Below, in pieces: positions 42,727-57,214 of a stretch of 64,000 bases of DNA. The stretch's first letter is position 1. The number at the start of each line of letters is the position of its first letter. Under the pieces are notes generated by a model. It was not told where the DNA came from. It made no database searches and saw only the letters and a program-made list of their open reading frames with translations. The translations under genes were made by a program, and so were the position numbers. The stretch is from Lepidodermella squamata (taxonomy: Eukaryota; Animalia; Gastrotricha). The stretch lies in the NCBI GenBank assembly GCA_047495785.1, contig JBLDXI010000056.1:124001-188000 (forward strand). Direction: 5' to 3'.

Positions 42727-45700
42727 TCACACGTACTGTGACGGTGGCTGTTCGCGGCCTGTGGTCGTAGGCGCGCGGGCACATCTTGTATATAACACCC
42801 CGTGGTTGTGCGCAGTTGTGAAGTAATATTCCGCTTTATTCGCCGCCGACGACGTTTTCTGCTGGTGATGTGTAGTGAAATATTGCTGATGTGTGCTGTG
42901 TTGGTTTGTATTTATTAACTGCTGCGCATGGAAAACCTGATTGCCCTGACTAGGCGAGTCAACTAACGGCGGCGTAATCGACGCGGCCCCTGAGCCGTTC
43001 GACGAAACATCAACGCCACTACTCAAAGAGGCGGATCCCACGTTTGGAACGAAAACCGACGCCCCCGGGGTCACGTGAACCCCGTAGCCGCTGATCTGGC
43101 TGATATCCTGGTAAATCGACAACCTCTGCTCGTGACTCTGCGGGTTATTCGAACTAGGCGGACGTGGCTCGTAGCGGACTGAGGTGAATCCTATGGAGTT
43201 GAACGAATTCGTCCGGCCAACTGCGATGGTTTTCGATGGCTTATTCGACAGGGCGGTTATCATGCGGTAAATCCAACCGTCGTCGTCCTCCTCGTCAGGC
43301 TTCGACGCGTGCTGTTTGACCAATTTCAACCAACGACGGCGGAGTAGAATCGCGGAAATAATGAGACCGAACACGAATAACAAAGCGCAAGGAATTGCAA
43401 TGGAAATTGCTAGGATGAAACGATCTTGCGATTCTGAGGTCTGTTCCGAGTTGAGACCGATTAAGGTCGTCACGCTTGACTGGGCGATCGGAGCTGCGGT
43501 GCTGGAAACCTCGCCAAATCTCAAAATAACACTTGCCAACTTCGAATTCGGCTCTTTAGCTAGTGAAACGCCGATTTCAATCGGTTTTTCAACTTCGGGC
43601 CAATTTTCAAGGTAGAAACAGCCTTCGATCGGCGAAAATTTGATGAAACTAGGCAAATCATTAGTCAAGGCAAGTTGCCATAGACCAGCTTTGCCGTTAT
43701 CGAAATCGATAGCTGGCAAACATCCGATCAATTTCTGATCCCGATTAGCCAAGAAATCGAATTTCGACGAAATATCGAATCCAAATGGGAATTCGTCGGA
43801 ATCGATAATTCTGATCAATTCAGGCAATCCATTTCGAACCGAAGCGATCGCGCAGCTCGATTCGCAGTCGATCAAATCGTGGCTGCCCGGTAGATGAGAA
43901 TTTTCGGCTAAGTTGGTCAAAATTATCGGTGATTTGTGCTCGAAATTACTGCTGTGTCGCAATAGAATAACAAAGTTTTTCGAACTGATTGAAATAACGA
44001 CGAAATGGTCGTTTCTATCGCTATTCAGCAAAGTTGTCCTCAACACGTTTCCAACAAGTGAGAACGCTCCAGGCAACGAGCTTTTCACGATTGAAGGCAC
44101 CGAATCGGCGAATTCCGATAAATCGATCAAATCAATGGGCGATGAATGACTTTCGATTTTTATCTCGAAAATGTCAAAATCGTGGCTATTTTTTGAGACC
44201 ACTTGCGATGGAAGTCCGAAAAGCTTAATTCGAATCGTATGAGGTGAATTGGTTTTCATTTGAGACAGTGGGTCAAGAGCCGTAATCCGGATCGAGGCAT
44301 CGAATGGCGAGCCGTCATTGGGTAAAGGCCGCAATAACCTCAACTGGCCCTCAGAATCTAGACCGAAATAGCCTGAATCGACCCCAGAAACCTCGAGATT
44401 GAAAAGCAACCCTTCAACTCGTCTATCCTCGCCCAATTCGACGCGAGTCAAAACCGAGCCTGGTTTCAAGCTGCTCGTGGCTAAAATAGGTAATTCCAGC
44501 GAAGAAACTGTGGCGGATGAGATCAAAGGTTGAGCCGAGCATTTCCTCAATCCGGCAACATTAGCCAGCAAAAACAGAGGAAAATTCGTTCCGCCAATTT
44601 TTTGCATTGAAACAACAAAACTGGTTTGATCGGGTAGAATAAGGCCTGATTTCGACAGAGAAACCACACCTTTTTCGGTGATTGTGAATAAATCAGAGCC
44701 GAAGATGGACAATTTTACGCCGGTGTCTTCATTGCCGAGGTTCAAAACCTGCTGATCGCAATTTGATACTTTTGAGATAAAAACTGATTTTTCAGCGAAT
44801 TTTGACAGTGAATCGCTCGAAGTTTCGGTTTTGATCTCCGATTCTTGCGAAAATGTCATTCGCCTCGTATTGACGCGATTCAGCCCGTCGGAAACAGCGA
44901 ATTCAGCCGAAACTACGACACCGCGGGGTAGCGATTTCTTCAGGAAAACATCGCCTGAAATCGTATTTACCACTAAAAACGAAGCCCCTTCGCCTGAAAT
45001 TGCGTAATTCAGCCAAGAATTCGAATCTGGATCATTAGCGACCAGAGTTCCAAGCCTTGATCCTGGTTTGATACCAGGCGCAATCACAACTGCATCAATC
45101 TCAGAATTTTCGATCAATTTTGAAGCGGGATCGATCGCAGCGAATGAAATTAAAGCTGGTTCATTGTCATTGATATCGACAACAACGACAGAAAGCTCGC
45201 AGCTCGCGATTTCAACCGCAGTTGACGTGTTTAAAGCTACGATTTCTAGGGTGTAAAGAGCCCGAATTTCAGCGTCTAGCATCGTCCGAGTTCGAACTAA
45301 ATTTCCATCGATTGAAAAAGCCAGATCGGAATTGCCGGATTTGATCACGAATTTCACATCATCCCGCTTTTCAGCCGCGATATTAGCGACAACCGCGTTT
45401 TTCGGCATATTTTCGCTGATGAACGCCTTTTGATGCGCGGTTGAGAAAGGAATGAACCTGAATTGATCTTTCGGATCGAATTTCGCGTCTTCCTCCAAAT
45501 GAACAACGACCAGGACTTGAGTTGCGAAAATCGAGTCTGAAACGTTGATCCTCAACTGCCATTGCTTGATCGGGATCAAAATTTGATTAGGCAGTTGGAT
45601 CAAACGCAGATCACCGTTTGCAGAGTCGAGTTGAAATAGATCAAAACCGTTTTCCAACGAATAAACCAAGCCTTTTTGGTTCGAATCGGCGTCAGACGCG

Positions 45701-48700
45701 ACTAATTGGAAAATTTTATCGCCAACTTTTTCGCGGCCTGATAGTGAGATATCGAAGCGGTTCTTCGGGACAACTGGTGGGTTGTCGTTCGAATCTAACA
45801 CGAGTAGGACTAGTTGCATAGTAGCGGTTGATAAGCTAGCAGTTGAGTGAGCTTCGATCGTTATGTTGTAGAGCGATGTGGTTTCTCGATCCAATTGCTG
45901 GGTTGAAATAATGCCAGTTACAGGGTCGATTTCAAACAGGCCGTCGAATGCTGTTGTAGAATTCGAAGCGAAGGAGTAGCGCAAGTCTGAATTGTCCTCT
46001 TCGTGAGCAATGGCTTGGAATAACTAGAAAAGAAAAATAACAATTAATTTGGGTAACAATAAAACTGTTCCATTGATTGTGAATAATTATCGCTTAGGGC
46101 TTTCAATTTTTCTCTAACAACTTTAAAAAATTGAGACCAAAATTAAGAAAAAAATTCAGATGTTGAGAATGTGAATTAGAATGTCTGAAATTCCCAATTC
46201 ACGAATATGGTTGAAAATTTCAGAAAAATTTCAAGGAATACAAATATTTCGTTCTTATTCGACTTACATTTTTGTAGACGATATTCTCTTGAACCGACAT
46301 GTGAACAGTTTGCTCCTGAAACGCAACCGCAGCCGCATTTGCTCGTTTCACCTGAATCCTCACCAGCACAATTTGTTTGGTATTTTCAGTTGAAAATTCC
46401 AGTGGGACTGAAATTCTCCCACCATACTGGAACTGCATCCCTAATTCAGCAGATGTCAATACGGTCCAACCAGGCCCGTGAGGTAGCGAAATCGGCGCAG
46501 ATTCTAGACCCAAAAATCGAGCTGAAATCGGTTTAGTCGCCGTTGGGAAGAATTTTTCAACCGGAATTCTGCCTAGAAAAGTCCCGATCGCTGCGTTTTC
46601 TGCCGCTGAAAAGTCAAAAATATTGCTGTTATCATCGTCCCGCGGCCACTGAACCGTGAATTCGACATCAGTTGACGACGTGGGCGGTAAATCGTTCGAA
46701 TTCGAGGGTGATTTCGACACGAATTTCGCGACAATTCCCAGGCGGAAATGAACGGTTGACCCCGCGGCAAATTCGGGCTTTCGGTTGAAAATCACCAGGC
46801 CATTCGATGAATTTATGCTGAATAGACCGTCGTAATCATTTTCGAGTTCGTAAGCAATCGATCCAGATTTCGGCGAATTGGAATAGGCCAAGGCTTGGCA
46901 GACTGGGCGATTAGGGCCTAACTGGGAAGAAATCGCCTCTCGAGGCAGAAATCGAGCCAATGGAAGCACAAATTGAGGCGAATCTGAGTCGATTGGCAGG
47001 TCACTTGCTGAGGCAAAATCATATGATGGATCGATTTTAATGAAAAGCTTGGAGAATTTCCGAATTTTCGACATTTTTTCGGCAGAATTCAAGAGGCAGA
47101 AGACTTTACTGACATCTTCGGTTACTGTCTCGCGATTAATTAGGACTTCATTCGCCGAATTGAGGTGGACAAGGCCAGGATGAGAGCAGAAAGCAATCTG
47201 AAAAATGAATATAAATTAACATACTTCGAGAAAAATTAACGGACAGGTAAAAATGTTTTTCTTCAAATTAAAAAAATTAATAATATAAAATTCAGAAATA
47301 AATCAAGTTATTTTTCAATTTACCTCAAATTTGCCATATTTTGCCTGGTCAATTGCTCCAATTTTCTCTTCGCGGCTGTTCGCCTCGAAATAAAAGCTTC
47401 TCATCGATTGGGATTCCTCATTTTCAACCGGACCGAGTTCCAATAGAAATGGGACGATTTGCCGAGATGTCGCGAGGTAAAACGCACAACTCAATTTGTC
47501 GAAAATCAACGGATCAAGTTCGACATCGCTCGTGACAGAAATCGCATTTCCTTCGCGTTTCTCAACGCTTAAATAACTGCAAAACGGTCCGTCGAAATTC
47601 GACACAATTGAGATCGCATCATCGAGCGGCAGGGTGAAAATCGATCGATCGATTTGAACATTTATTGGTCCGGAAATTTTCTCGACATAAGTCGAATTTC
47701 CCGATTTCCGAAACGCGATTTTCACGAAGCAATCGGTTGATTTTCGAGGCGAACCCGAGTCGGAAACGTGAATTTTCAGCTGAAGTTTTCGCAACCCGTC
47801 AAAATTATCAGAAAATTGCGAAAAATCACCGCCGGTATAGAATAAATCGCCGTTCAATGCGTCAATCCGAAAAGATGGATGGTCGTCACTTGACATTGAA
47901 AATTTCAGCCCTGATGTGCCATTTTCGCCCGAATCTGGGTCAATCGCCCTGATTCGGCCCAAGTAAATTCGGTCTTTTGCAGCTAAATCATCCGTAACGA
48001 AAATTTCCCGGGTGAAACCGTCTGGGAATAAACAATCAGGCTGTTTATCATTGACATCTCCCAGAGAAATTTCAACATCTCGACTCAGTTGGATGGAACC
48101 AAAAAGCTCACGATCCAGTGACTTTGCGACACGAATTTTCCCAGAAATCGGGTCGAAATTAATCAGATCGGCATTATCAATTTCCTTTGGTCGAATCGAC
48201 AGAGGAATTGTTCCGATATTCGAGCCAATTTCAGCATTCTCCGAGATGGAGAAGACGAATTTTCGATGAGGCAATGGTCGAGTCGAAACGAGGCGAATAA
48301 CTGAAATTGTCACATTTGATAAACCAATCGACATCAAAATCGGGCAGCTAATTCCGTTAGTTCTCGGTTCAATGCCATGAACGTAGATCAAGCCGCTATT
48401 GCGTACGATGGATAAATACTTCAGACATGATTCATCAACGGAAAGACGTAGATCTGGAACTCCGTTCAGGTGCTGAGCTAATTTCTCGAAAATTGAGCCG
48501 AGTTGACGAGGTATTTCGATTTCGATAATTTCAGGCTTGAAATTCGAGTTCAAAAAGCGTTGAGATTGTAGTGAAAGTGAGCTGTCGATTGATGAGCAAG
48601 ACGGAAGCATGTTGAGTTTGACAATCTCGCTGTCTGAGGTTTCGCTGTTGTAAGCGTGGAAAACGGCTGAGACAGGGTGGCGGAGTAATTGAGGCATCAA

Positions 48701-51700
48701 TTCGCCAACCAACAAAGCGTTTCTCGACCAGGAAAACTAAAAAACAAACGAAAAATTAATTAGTGAACGCGAAAAATTAAATAAATATCCGACCTCGAAA
48801 TAATTTATAATAGATGCAGAATTTTAGAGATTTCGTAATGAATATATTCGAAACTTACCTTGAAAAATTCAGGGTGTTCGCTGACTAGGCTGTCGACAAC
48901 GACATTCGGTGACAGGCGCGATGCGAACAGAGTATCACTCGGCCGCAGAGCCATTGAAGCTGAAATGTTCCATTCGAATTTCTCGCCGCTGATCAACTTT
49001 TTGTCGGCCATCGTCAAAAACTCGACTCGGACAGCCGCATACGCTATTTGACCATCTGAAAAATTGAAATAAAATAAAAAAAGCTGAATTACTATTCCAT
49101 TTAATTCTTTTAAATTCTACGATTCTGAGAGGAATTTTGTCTTTCGAGTTTCAGTTCTGAAAATCAGAAAATTGCCAAAATATGGAATCCAATGTTTCAG
49201 CTATAACACTTCTCGAGAGATTATGATAAATTGTGGTGCGTAAAATATAAAATACGTTGAAGGAGCCAACGACAGTCGACTCCAACCTACTAATTAGCGC
49301 AACTAGTGGATTTTCGAAATAAGCATGATTTTGTTCCATTGAATGTTCCTAGAATTTTTCAAATTTCAACAACAATCTTATGGGTCTATGAAAAATCAGC
49401 AACAATTCGCTCATGTCGCTTCTATTTCCCATTTCCCATATCATTTCATCTTTTTCAACTTATTTTCCATAATTATTTTCAATTTCTATCATTTTTCGTT
49501 ATTACCGTCAGCTGCAGCGACGACTTGTAAATTCAGCGTTTTCGCACTCGGTTCGACATTTGACGATTTAGGCGCGCAAATCCACCCAGATGTAGGGTCA
49601 ACAGCGACAGGATAGGCCGGCTGCGAACTCGCGCCGATCGAGTACCGCACGGAGGCGCAGCGATTGTTGCCAGCAATGACAGCTTGCACCTAGAATCACC
49701 AAAAATCGTGACATTGAATAATTATCATTTCAAATTTTCTATCCTATCGTTCTATAATACTAATATTGCACTGTCGAGTAGTTTTCAAGGCGCGCGCGAC
49801 AGACGGGCGGGTGCAATAAATGGCGAGGTCACCCGCACGCGTGACTAGTGACTCATAGCCCGCCCGGCCGCCGTATCAGCCGTCTATCACTCCAGTGCTC
49901 AGTCGCGTTGAAACTGATAGCCATCAACATAATAATCATCATCGTCGCGTTATCCAGTTACTACTAAGGCTACTGTCCAGACTTGAGTTTATTACACTCG
50001 AATAAATGCCCTGAAATATTAATACGTTACGCGATTACTATAGGGTGTCCCCAAACGCCTGGACGCGTCCAGTTTTGACGCTGGTCTCGTTCGCTCGTTC
50101 GTAATTTCATACAAAATTCATTTGCATGTTTCATGTTATTATGGCAGCCGCCGCGAATAATTAGCCAATAAACGAGCGGCGTCTATTGGCGGGTGGTTTG
50201 AAAAATTAATAATTTCGTTAAAGCTGACTGAGTGAAATGAAATGAGAGATGAGCGGCGTGACCTCATCATCATTCGAATGATATTAGCGAAAACCCAAAA
50301 GCTGTCAATCACCGGCCCGATTTCGTTTGATAAATTAAAATCGCGAAAATTTGGATAAATTAGAAATACCAATTCAAGTTCGGCTGGGTATCAAAGTCGG
50401 ATCAGAAAATACGGACGAGTTCATCAAACTTGGATCCTTTTTTGGTACGATCACAGCTTCTCTTCGGTAAATCACTTTCGGCGTTTCATATTCGAATCAA
50501 ATTACATTATACGAACCAGGTTCGATAAAAAATGATCAAAATTCGATCAAAGTCAGCTAAAGATTCAAATTTCCGTCAATTTTCCTACCCGAGTGCATTT
50601 TATTTATTTTAACGCGCTTTTACCGGACTATTTTTTCATCTTGCTGTTTGACCTCAGTAAGTCTAGCCAGAACTGCGTGTGATAATCTCTGGTACTTGAC
50701 CGGGACATAATTTTATCATCCACTTTTTGCAATGCGCTGAAATTGATCATCAGATATAAAATTGGCTCGAGTTGATGATATTTATACAATTATCAGCATC
50801 GAGTGTCCCTAGCGAACGCGCCCAGTCCCGCCGCCGTAGAAGTGGACACACATTTGCATAGCGAATGGGCGCAAATTAGCCTAAATGAACGCGTCGAGGA
50901 AAGCCAAAATTGCGACGGACGGTAATAGTGATAACAACAACAACAACAGCCCGTAATAACTCCACTGATGGCGCTGGCGATGTTTTACAAACACAAACAG
51001 GCAGGCCGGCGCGCGACAAGATTTATGTCAACAACCCGATTAGGCGACTAATTTTTTTCCGACCCGATTTCATTTACTGAGGCGCGTGTGTAAACAAACC
51101 GGCGGCGGAAGACGAGTCGTCATGAAATAGTCATTAAACAGCCGTTTAATTCCGACCACGTCCGCCTTAGCGCACAACATCTGGCACACTACAACGGCGA
51201 AAAGTGAATTGCTAATCGCGTTGATTAGGCTTTAAGAGCCGCCACCCCCAACGATTGTAACACAGGAAACAGCCGGCTGGGTGTGAATTTTCATTACACA
51301 CAACATTGTATAATTTGAAAATGTTATTGCAAATTTTCACTTTGTGCGTGAGCCGCCTCAATATACGCCAACTGGCATTTGTATATATTTACGTTTTTAT
51401 CAGCGAGAGACAAGACACGTGCGCGTCGCCGCTGCGAGAGTAATAACAATAATATTTGACAAGTCGATGACACTTTGTTGTATGATGTATTAGATATCAA
51501 AGCACAATCGGTGAGTTGAAAAGTCGAAAAAGCAACAACAAAAAGCAAACAGCGAGCGGGCTGTGCTTTTGAATTGTTCACGCGAGGCGTGAATTTTTAA
51601 TACTTGAATCTTTCAGCTTGGCGCGAGGCATCTGTCCGTCTCTCTCAAAACAAACATTTTGATCTAATTTTGCATGGACGGCTGGTGAATTTTTCACAGT

Positions 51701-54700
51701 TTTTACGCGTTTCAAGTGTTTGTCAAGGCGTAAAAAAAGAAACAAAGCAGCTGAAGTGGTGAAAAATAAAATACTCTGTGAACAACAACAAAGAGGAGCA
51801 AGAGCTACTAAATGTTTATCTGGATTTGATCTCAATTCTTAAATGAAAATTTCTCGAAAATGATGTGAATTAAAATCAGCGAGTTAAACTGAAATTTCGG
51901 TTAATTCTTGATGGCAAAATTAAACGATTACTTTCTCATCCTAGATGTCTCAGAGATTCTTAGTTTCAGTTTTTCCCAACGGCAAGCGTAAATTTCAGCA
52001 TAAATCATCGATAAAAGATATAATTCCGATATAATTCACATCAAAGCTTGATTCAAATTTGATCCCGCGAATAAGTTACTGGATTTTGACAACTTTGACG
52101 AAAGAAAATGATCAAAATTTGAGACGGCTTAGAACTTACATGAACTTAGAACTTCGAACTTACTCAACAAATGAAAAAGTTCAGAATGCTGACACTACTT
52201 TGTCAAATTTTCTCATTTCTGTTTTTCCTTTTTCTTCCTCTCCTTAACTTCATTCAACATTTTGACTCAATTTGATGTTCGTTTTTCTATTTCCGCTCTA
52301 TTTTTTGGAGCACTCTTCCAGATTTTACTCGAGTGTTAGCTCTCTTACACATGAAAAGGGCACTTTCTTATGAGCATATCGATGTCTCGCTTAGATGGAG
52401 ATCGAAGAAAGACGCGAGCTGTCAACGCAGCAAACGAAAGAAGGTTGAATATCTGCCTGTCGCTCGCGCGCGCGCAACGAAAGCGCAACGCGTTGAGGGG
52501 CTTGACACTTGACATCGCGTGGTCTGAACGCGTTTACCTCGGCCGTCACTCGAGGCGCGGGTTCATGCGGAAGTCACACTCTAGGCACAGCACTAATGCG
52601 CCGCCAGGCCCAGATCCTGAATCGACGACGACGAGCGCTTATCGCTCATATCTACTGGCTATAAGCTGCCGGCTGATGCAGCGAAATCTGGCCGACACCG
52701 GCCGACAAAAGGAACACTCGCGTAATGTAGCGCGTGCGTATTGTTAAACAAGTAATTGAAAATTGTAATTGAGGAAACGGAAATGGAAAAATCAACTGTC
52801 GTAACACCTAAAACTCTCTCATGTTGCCCATTTTTCAGGTGAGCTGATTACAACTCTCACAACATCGCAAAACATAACAACACTTAAGAAGAAAAATCTC
52901 GAAAATTTTGAGAAAATTAACTTCCACGAGACAAATGTTGAAGAAACAAAGAAATTCAGAAAAACAATTGTATGAAGAAATCTATATATTTTGGCAAACA
53001 TGGGAGAAAATGGCGAAACCCAGCACGGTTTCTCTAAATTTAATTCAAGTGTTTCATTAATTTTTCGTTTTCTTGAGGAATGCCGATTACAAAAATGGAG
53101 AAAATATCCGCGAAATATAGGAATTTATGGTAGTCGAATCATTTGCTCTCTTGCTTTGCCAAAAATGAATACAACTGCCAAAATATTAAAAGATGAATCA
53201 AATTTTAACTAAACCACCCAGGATTTGCCAACTCATAAAAAAATCTTCAGATCAATTTTTGAAAATTTGTGGAAAAAAGACCCATACATGCTCGATCTAC
53301 CGGTTATCAAAGATCAAATTATATCATCAATTTCTTTCAATTTCATCGTCTGATTCGATCATTTTGATCTCGTGGCATGCTGCGAAAAAGTAACTAGACT
53401 GAATGATGAAAGCTGATACACGCAGCATTTTGCTCACATTTCCAGTTGTTTGTTGTTGATTTCAAGACTGAAAGCTGATACCCCATTTATGCGCACACTC
53501 GTCGATTGGCCGCGCCACTTGTGGACCTCGAGATTCCGCACACGCCCGCGTCAACAACTGAATCAACTAGCTTTTTTGACCCACCCCAGGATTTTCCGGG
53601 CGACGTGCCAGCTCTCGGGCCGCGCCGCCGCCGCTGAGTACACACACACTACATTATTGCGAAATATCGGGCAAACGTATCTGTTCTGTTCACTACTATC
53701 TGTTAAGGGATGACATAACGAGGCGAAGATCAAGTCACCCTGTTGGCATACCTTGCAATTTGCGATGCGCCGGCCTGCAATTAACTGGTGCGCTCGACTC
53801 ATCTCTCGACACTGTTTGCACGTGCCGCACACTGTAAAGGTACACAGCCCATATGCGCGCATATGCGAGGAGCCGGAAACAGGGTGCGTAATGCGCGGTT
53901 ATTACCCGGGTCGCCAGTAGTAGTTGACGCAGTACTACACTGCTGCTGTTAACTCTGCAGCGCTAAGTGGCGCCTTCTTTCTAACGTATCAGCCGCCTCG
54001 TGTTTGTTCAGGCTCAGCCAGTCTGGAGATAAAACCGGCCGATAACCGGGCAACACACGTGCCTCGCTACATATGTTAACTGATTGCGATCGGAGGAAAA
54101 ATCGGCCGAATAATTTTGACATGCCCGCGTTTATGACAGGCCATTAAAGGCACGCGATGATGATGATGAGCCAAGCGCGATAATTGCGCGATTATTGTTT
54201 ACGCCGGCCTGTCTATTGTGTTGTGTTTCGGATTGTGTATACAATAATAACGCGTTGTAATGATGAGAAAATGGACTTACCCTTCCGAAACAATAATCTC
54301 GAGTTTTAGCCGCCGTGAATTGGTACGCGGGCCGTTTAAACGCCATGCACGCGAAACTTCGGCTGGAAGAAGCAGAAACGACGGATATTGTGACGTCAGC
54401 TAAATCTCGCAGCCGGAAGAGGTGTTTCTGCGATGAAGAATTGAGGTCGCAAGGCAGCCATCGAGATAGCGACACAGCGCCGCTGACGCGGTCAAGTGCG
54501 AAAAATGAAGCGAGCGAGCCGCCGCTTAGCTCGAAATTATTGTGAGCAGATGATAATGAGGACGAATTACTGTTGCTTAAAAATCGCCGCAAGTCACCGA
54601 CAACGGAACCCGGCGCCGCGTCTCTGTCAACTGTAAACGACACCGCCTCTAAAATTACCGGTTTCTTCGTAGTCTTACTCAAATTCCTAATAAGCCAACA

Positions 54701-55720
54701 GAAAATAATCGATCAGAATATTCCTAAGCAAACAAAAACTTACGAAACACGAATAAAAACCGGCACCTCAGATTCTAGAGACGGTTTACCAGAATCGTAT
54801 GCTCGAACAACGAAAGAATAAGTCATTTCTTGCAGTAAGCTTGAAACGCATGTTATAACTCCAGATTTCTCGTCGACACTGAACGGCAGATTCGATTGAA
54901 TAAAGCTTTGAGATAAAGCGTAGTGGATCAAACTGTTATCGCCCGCGTCTTTATCGTTGGCTCTAACGGTTAAAATTTGTTTCCCAGGAGAAATATCGCT
55001 CAAATCAAGCGTGGTTTCGTATTTTTGAGCATCAAAAGCTGGCACGTGATCGTTTTCATCAAAGACTTCGATTGAAACCCTAAGATCAGCATGCTTCCCG
55101 CCGCCATCGGCAGCTCGAATCGTCAGATTGTAACTAGCCGCCTCCTCGTAGTCGAGTTCTTTCGTTAAACACAACGCTAATCTGGCAGCGATTGGGTCGT
55201 ATTTGATGGCGAATTGAGAATATTGAGCTGAGTTGAGTAGTTCACAAGATACAATTGCATTTTTGCCTTCATCAGCGTCTTTTGGCGACGGCAAAGTCCA
55301 GCAGTACGGCACTCGAGTGAATTCTGACACGTTAGCTTCGAAATGGTTAGGTTCGAAGACTGGCGCGTTGTCGTTCACATCTAATATGTTTATCACAATT
55401 TTAGCCAGATTGCCTTCATCGCCGTAAAATACCAGAAAGCTGTAACTGCTGGCATACTCTCGATCAAGAGGTTCAGCGGTGATAAGAGCTCCAGTTCCGA
55501 GGTCGAAGCTGAAAGTGCTCGGAACACTTTCCAGAATGATCAAAGGTGGTTTGACAACTCCACTGCTTGCGTCGAAGATGTCACCTAATCGTGATCCGAC
55601 TGAGCTATCCTCCGACGCATTGAATGTAACAGTTGTTTCCGTGAAATGAGTTGCAACAAAGGCGCAGTGCACAATCGCACTAGCGACCAATACTGTAAGG
55701 ATCTGGGCAACTGTTAACAT
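42727..55720 (-). CDS. Fat/Fat4-like atypical cadherin, shortened and divergent (~2467 aa); exons 55720-54744, 54686-54281, 49689-49506, 49055-48859, 48736-47324, 47197-46268, 46023-42727
   Basis: Signal peptide MLTVAQILTVLVASAIVHC; cadherin motifs LDRE, DVNDNAPVF, ADDG/AxDxD; TM ILAISIAIPCALLFVFGLIISAILL followed by RRR; cytoplasmic tail ending SQYV. All junctions are GT-AG with consistent phase. Confidence 0.85.
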
Positions 55721-56599
55721 TTGCGGCCATCAAGTAAAAGAGCAGCAAAGTATCTTTATAATCATCTAAAAAAGTAATTAACCAAACATTCAAAACATTC
55801 GATGGACTAAAAGTGCCCAAAGGCGAGAGGCAAGAGAAAAGCGCCCAAGTGAACTCAACTGCGTAAGCAAACATACAGACGAGGTTAAAAGCGAACTTCA
55901 ATGTTTGAGCATGTTAGTGAACTCAAATAGGGAAGAAATCAGAGATAATGACCTCGCAGGTAATGCATAGAACCGAAGGGCAAAGAATGTGCATACAGCC
56001 CATAGGGACGGAGGACGGACACCCTGTTGACACTGGTGGTGTAATCGCAATTATGGATCGCATCTGAAATGCTAACAAGCCTTGGAGATGCGCGCGCAAT
56101 TTTCAAAATACGGCAAAAAGCAAATTTACTTTATTTTCTGTATAAACTAAAATTTTCAGTAATAATATTAGAACAAAATTATATTTCGAAATTACCGAAA
56201 TTCAAGCATTTATTTAGCCGCGTGTAAATGCCGCGTAAAAAAGAAGAATCTATTGTCTTACGCTGCGCTTGGCAGCGTGGCGTAATGGGCAGGTCCCTAG
56301 CTTGATAAATTGATAACGGGGGGAAGTGAGGGGAACAATCTAAAATATCATGAGGATTGGATTGGAATCTAGATGTCACAGGTTCATTTGTTTAGCTCTC
56401 GTTGTCGAGGACACGAGCTGTCGACTTCACTCTTTACGCCTGGCTCGCTTCGATAGGCTATTTGATCTTCAATAACATCCCCTTGTGCGCTTTTCGCCTT
56501 TTAGAATGAATAAATAGATCATTATTTTCGCCACCCGAAACAGGTAAGGGGGACACACTGTAGCGCATCCTTGCGAGTCGGTCATAAGTTCAAGTTCAG

Positions 56600-57143
56600 C
56601 TGCAGTCATACGTTTGTGGAATTGAGCGAGTCTCTCCTAACGCTAGCTCGATGTTCAGAGCATACTGTCAGAATGATAATGAACATTTGATGTCCTTAAC
56701 TGTAATGCGCGGGTATTGGCGCGGTTGATCTGCCATCTCCACAACTTTAACAAGTCTGACCTGTGCGAAAGCCTGCTGTGAAATAATTCTCGTGATATCC
56801 TCGCTCTATATCTGTTGCTGAAGACCGGATATTTTTCTGATGCATGGCGTAAGCTGACATGCCGAGGCGTATTATTCATTGACGTATTAATTACCTATAT
56901 AGTGAACTTTGGGAGACAGGCAGCACCGACAACGTTGCATCGGCTCCAATCAACTCAAGATCGCGCTGTTAGAATCATATGTGGCGCTCATCCTTGTTTA
57001 TGATTTACTGCTCGTGTCTCATTTGACATTGTCCTATACCTTTGTAACTGTCCGGTAATGTTATGTTACCTTTCAATTTTCAGTTATGTCGAGCTGCTCT
57101 CTTGGGTGTTATAGCTGTTAAATAGATAAATAAATAAAATAAA
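56600..57143 (+). mobile_element. Decayed LINE (L2/CR1 group) 3' fragment
   Basis: TTLHRLQSTQDRAVRIICGA matches the post-RT LQxxQxRAxRII motif. A (TAAA)-type tail lies at ~57120-57143. The 5' boundary is approximate. Confidence 0.5.
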
Positions 57144-57214
57144 TGAGCCTTCTCATTGGAAGATTCTCATGCGTAGAAAGAAGTCTAATTAAAGTAGGCC
57201 TCACTTCAAAAAAA

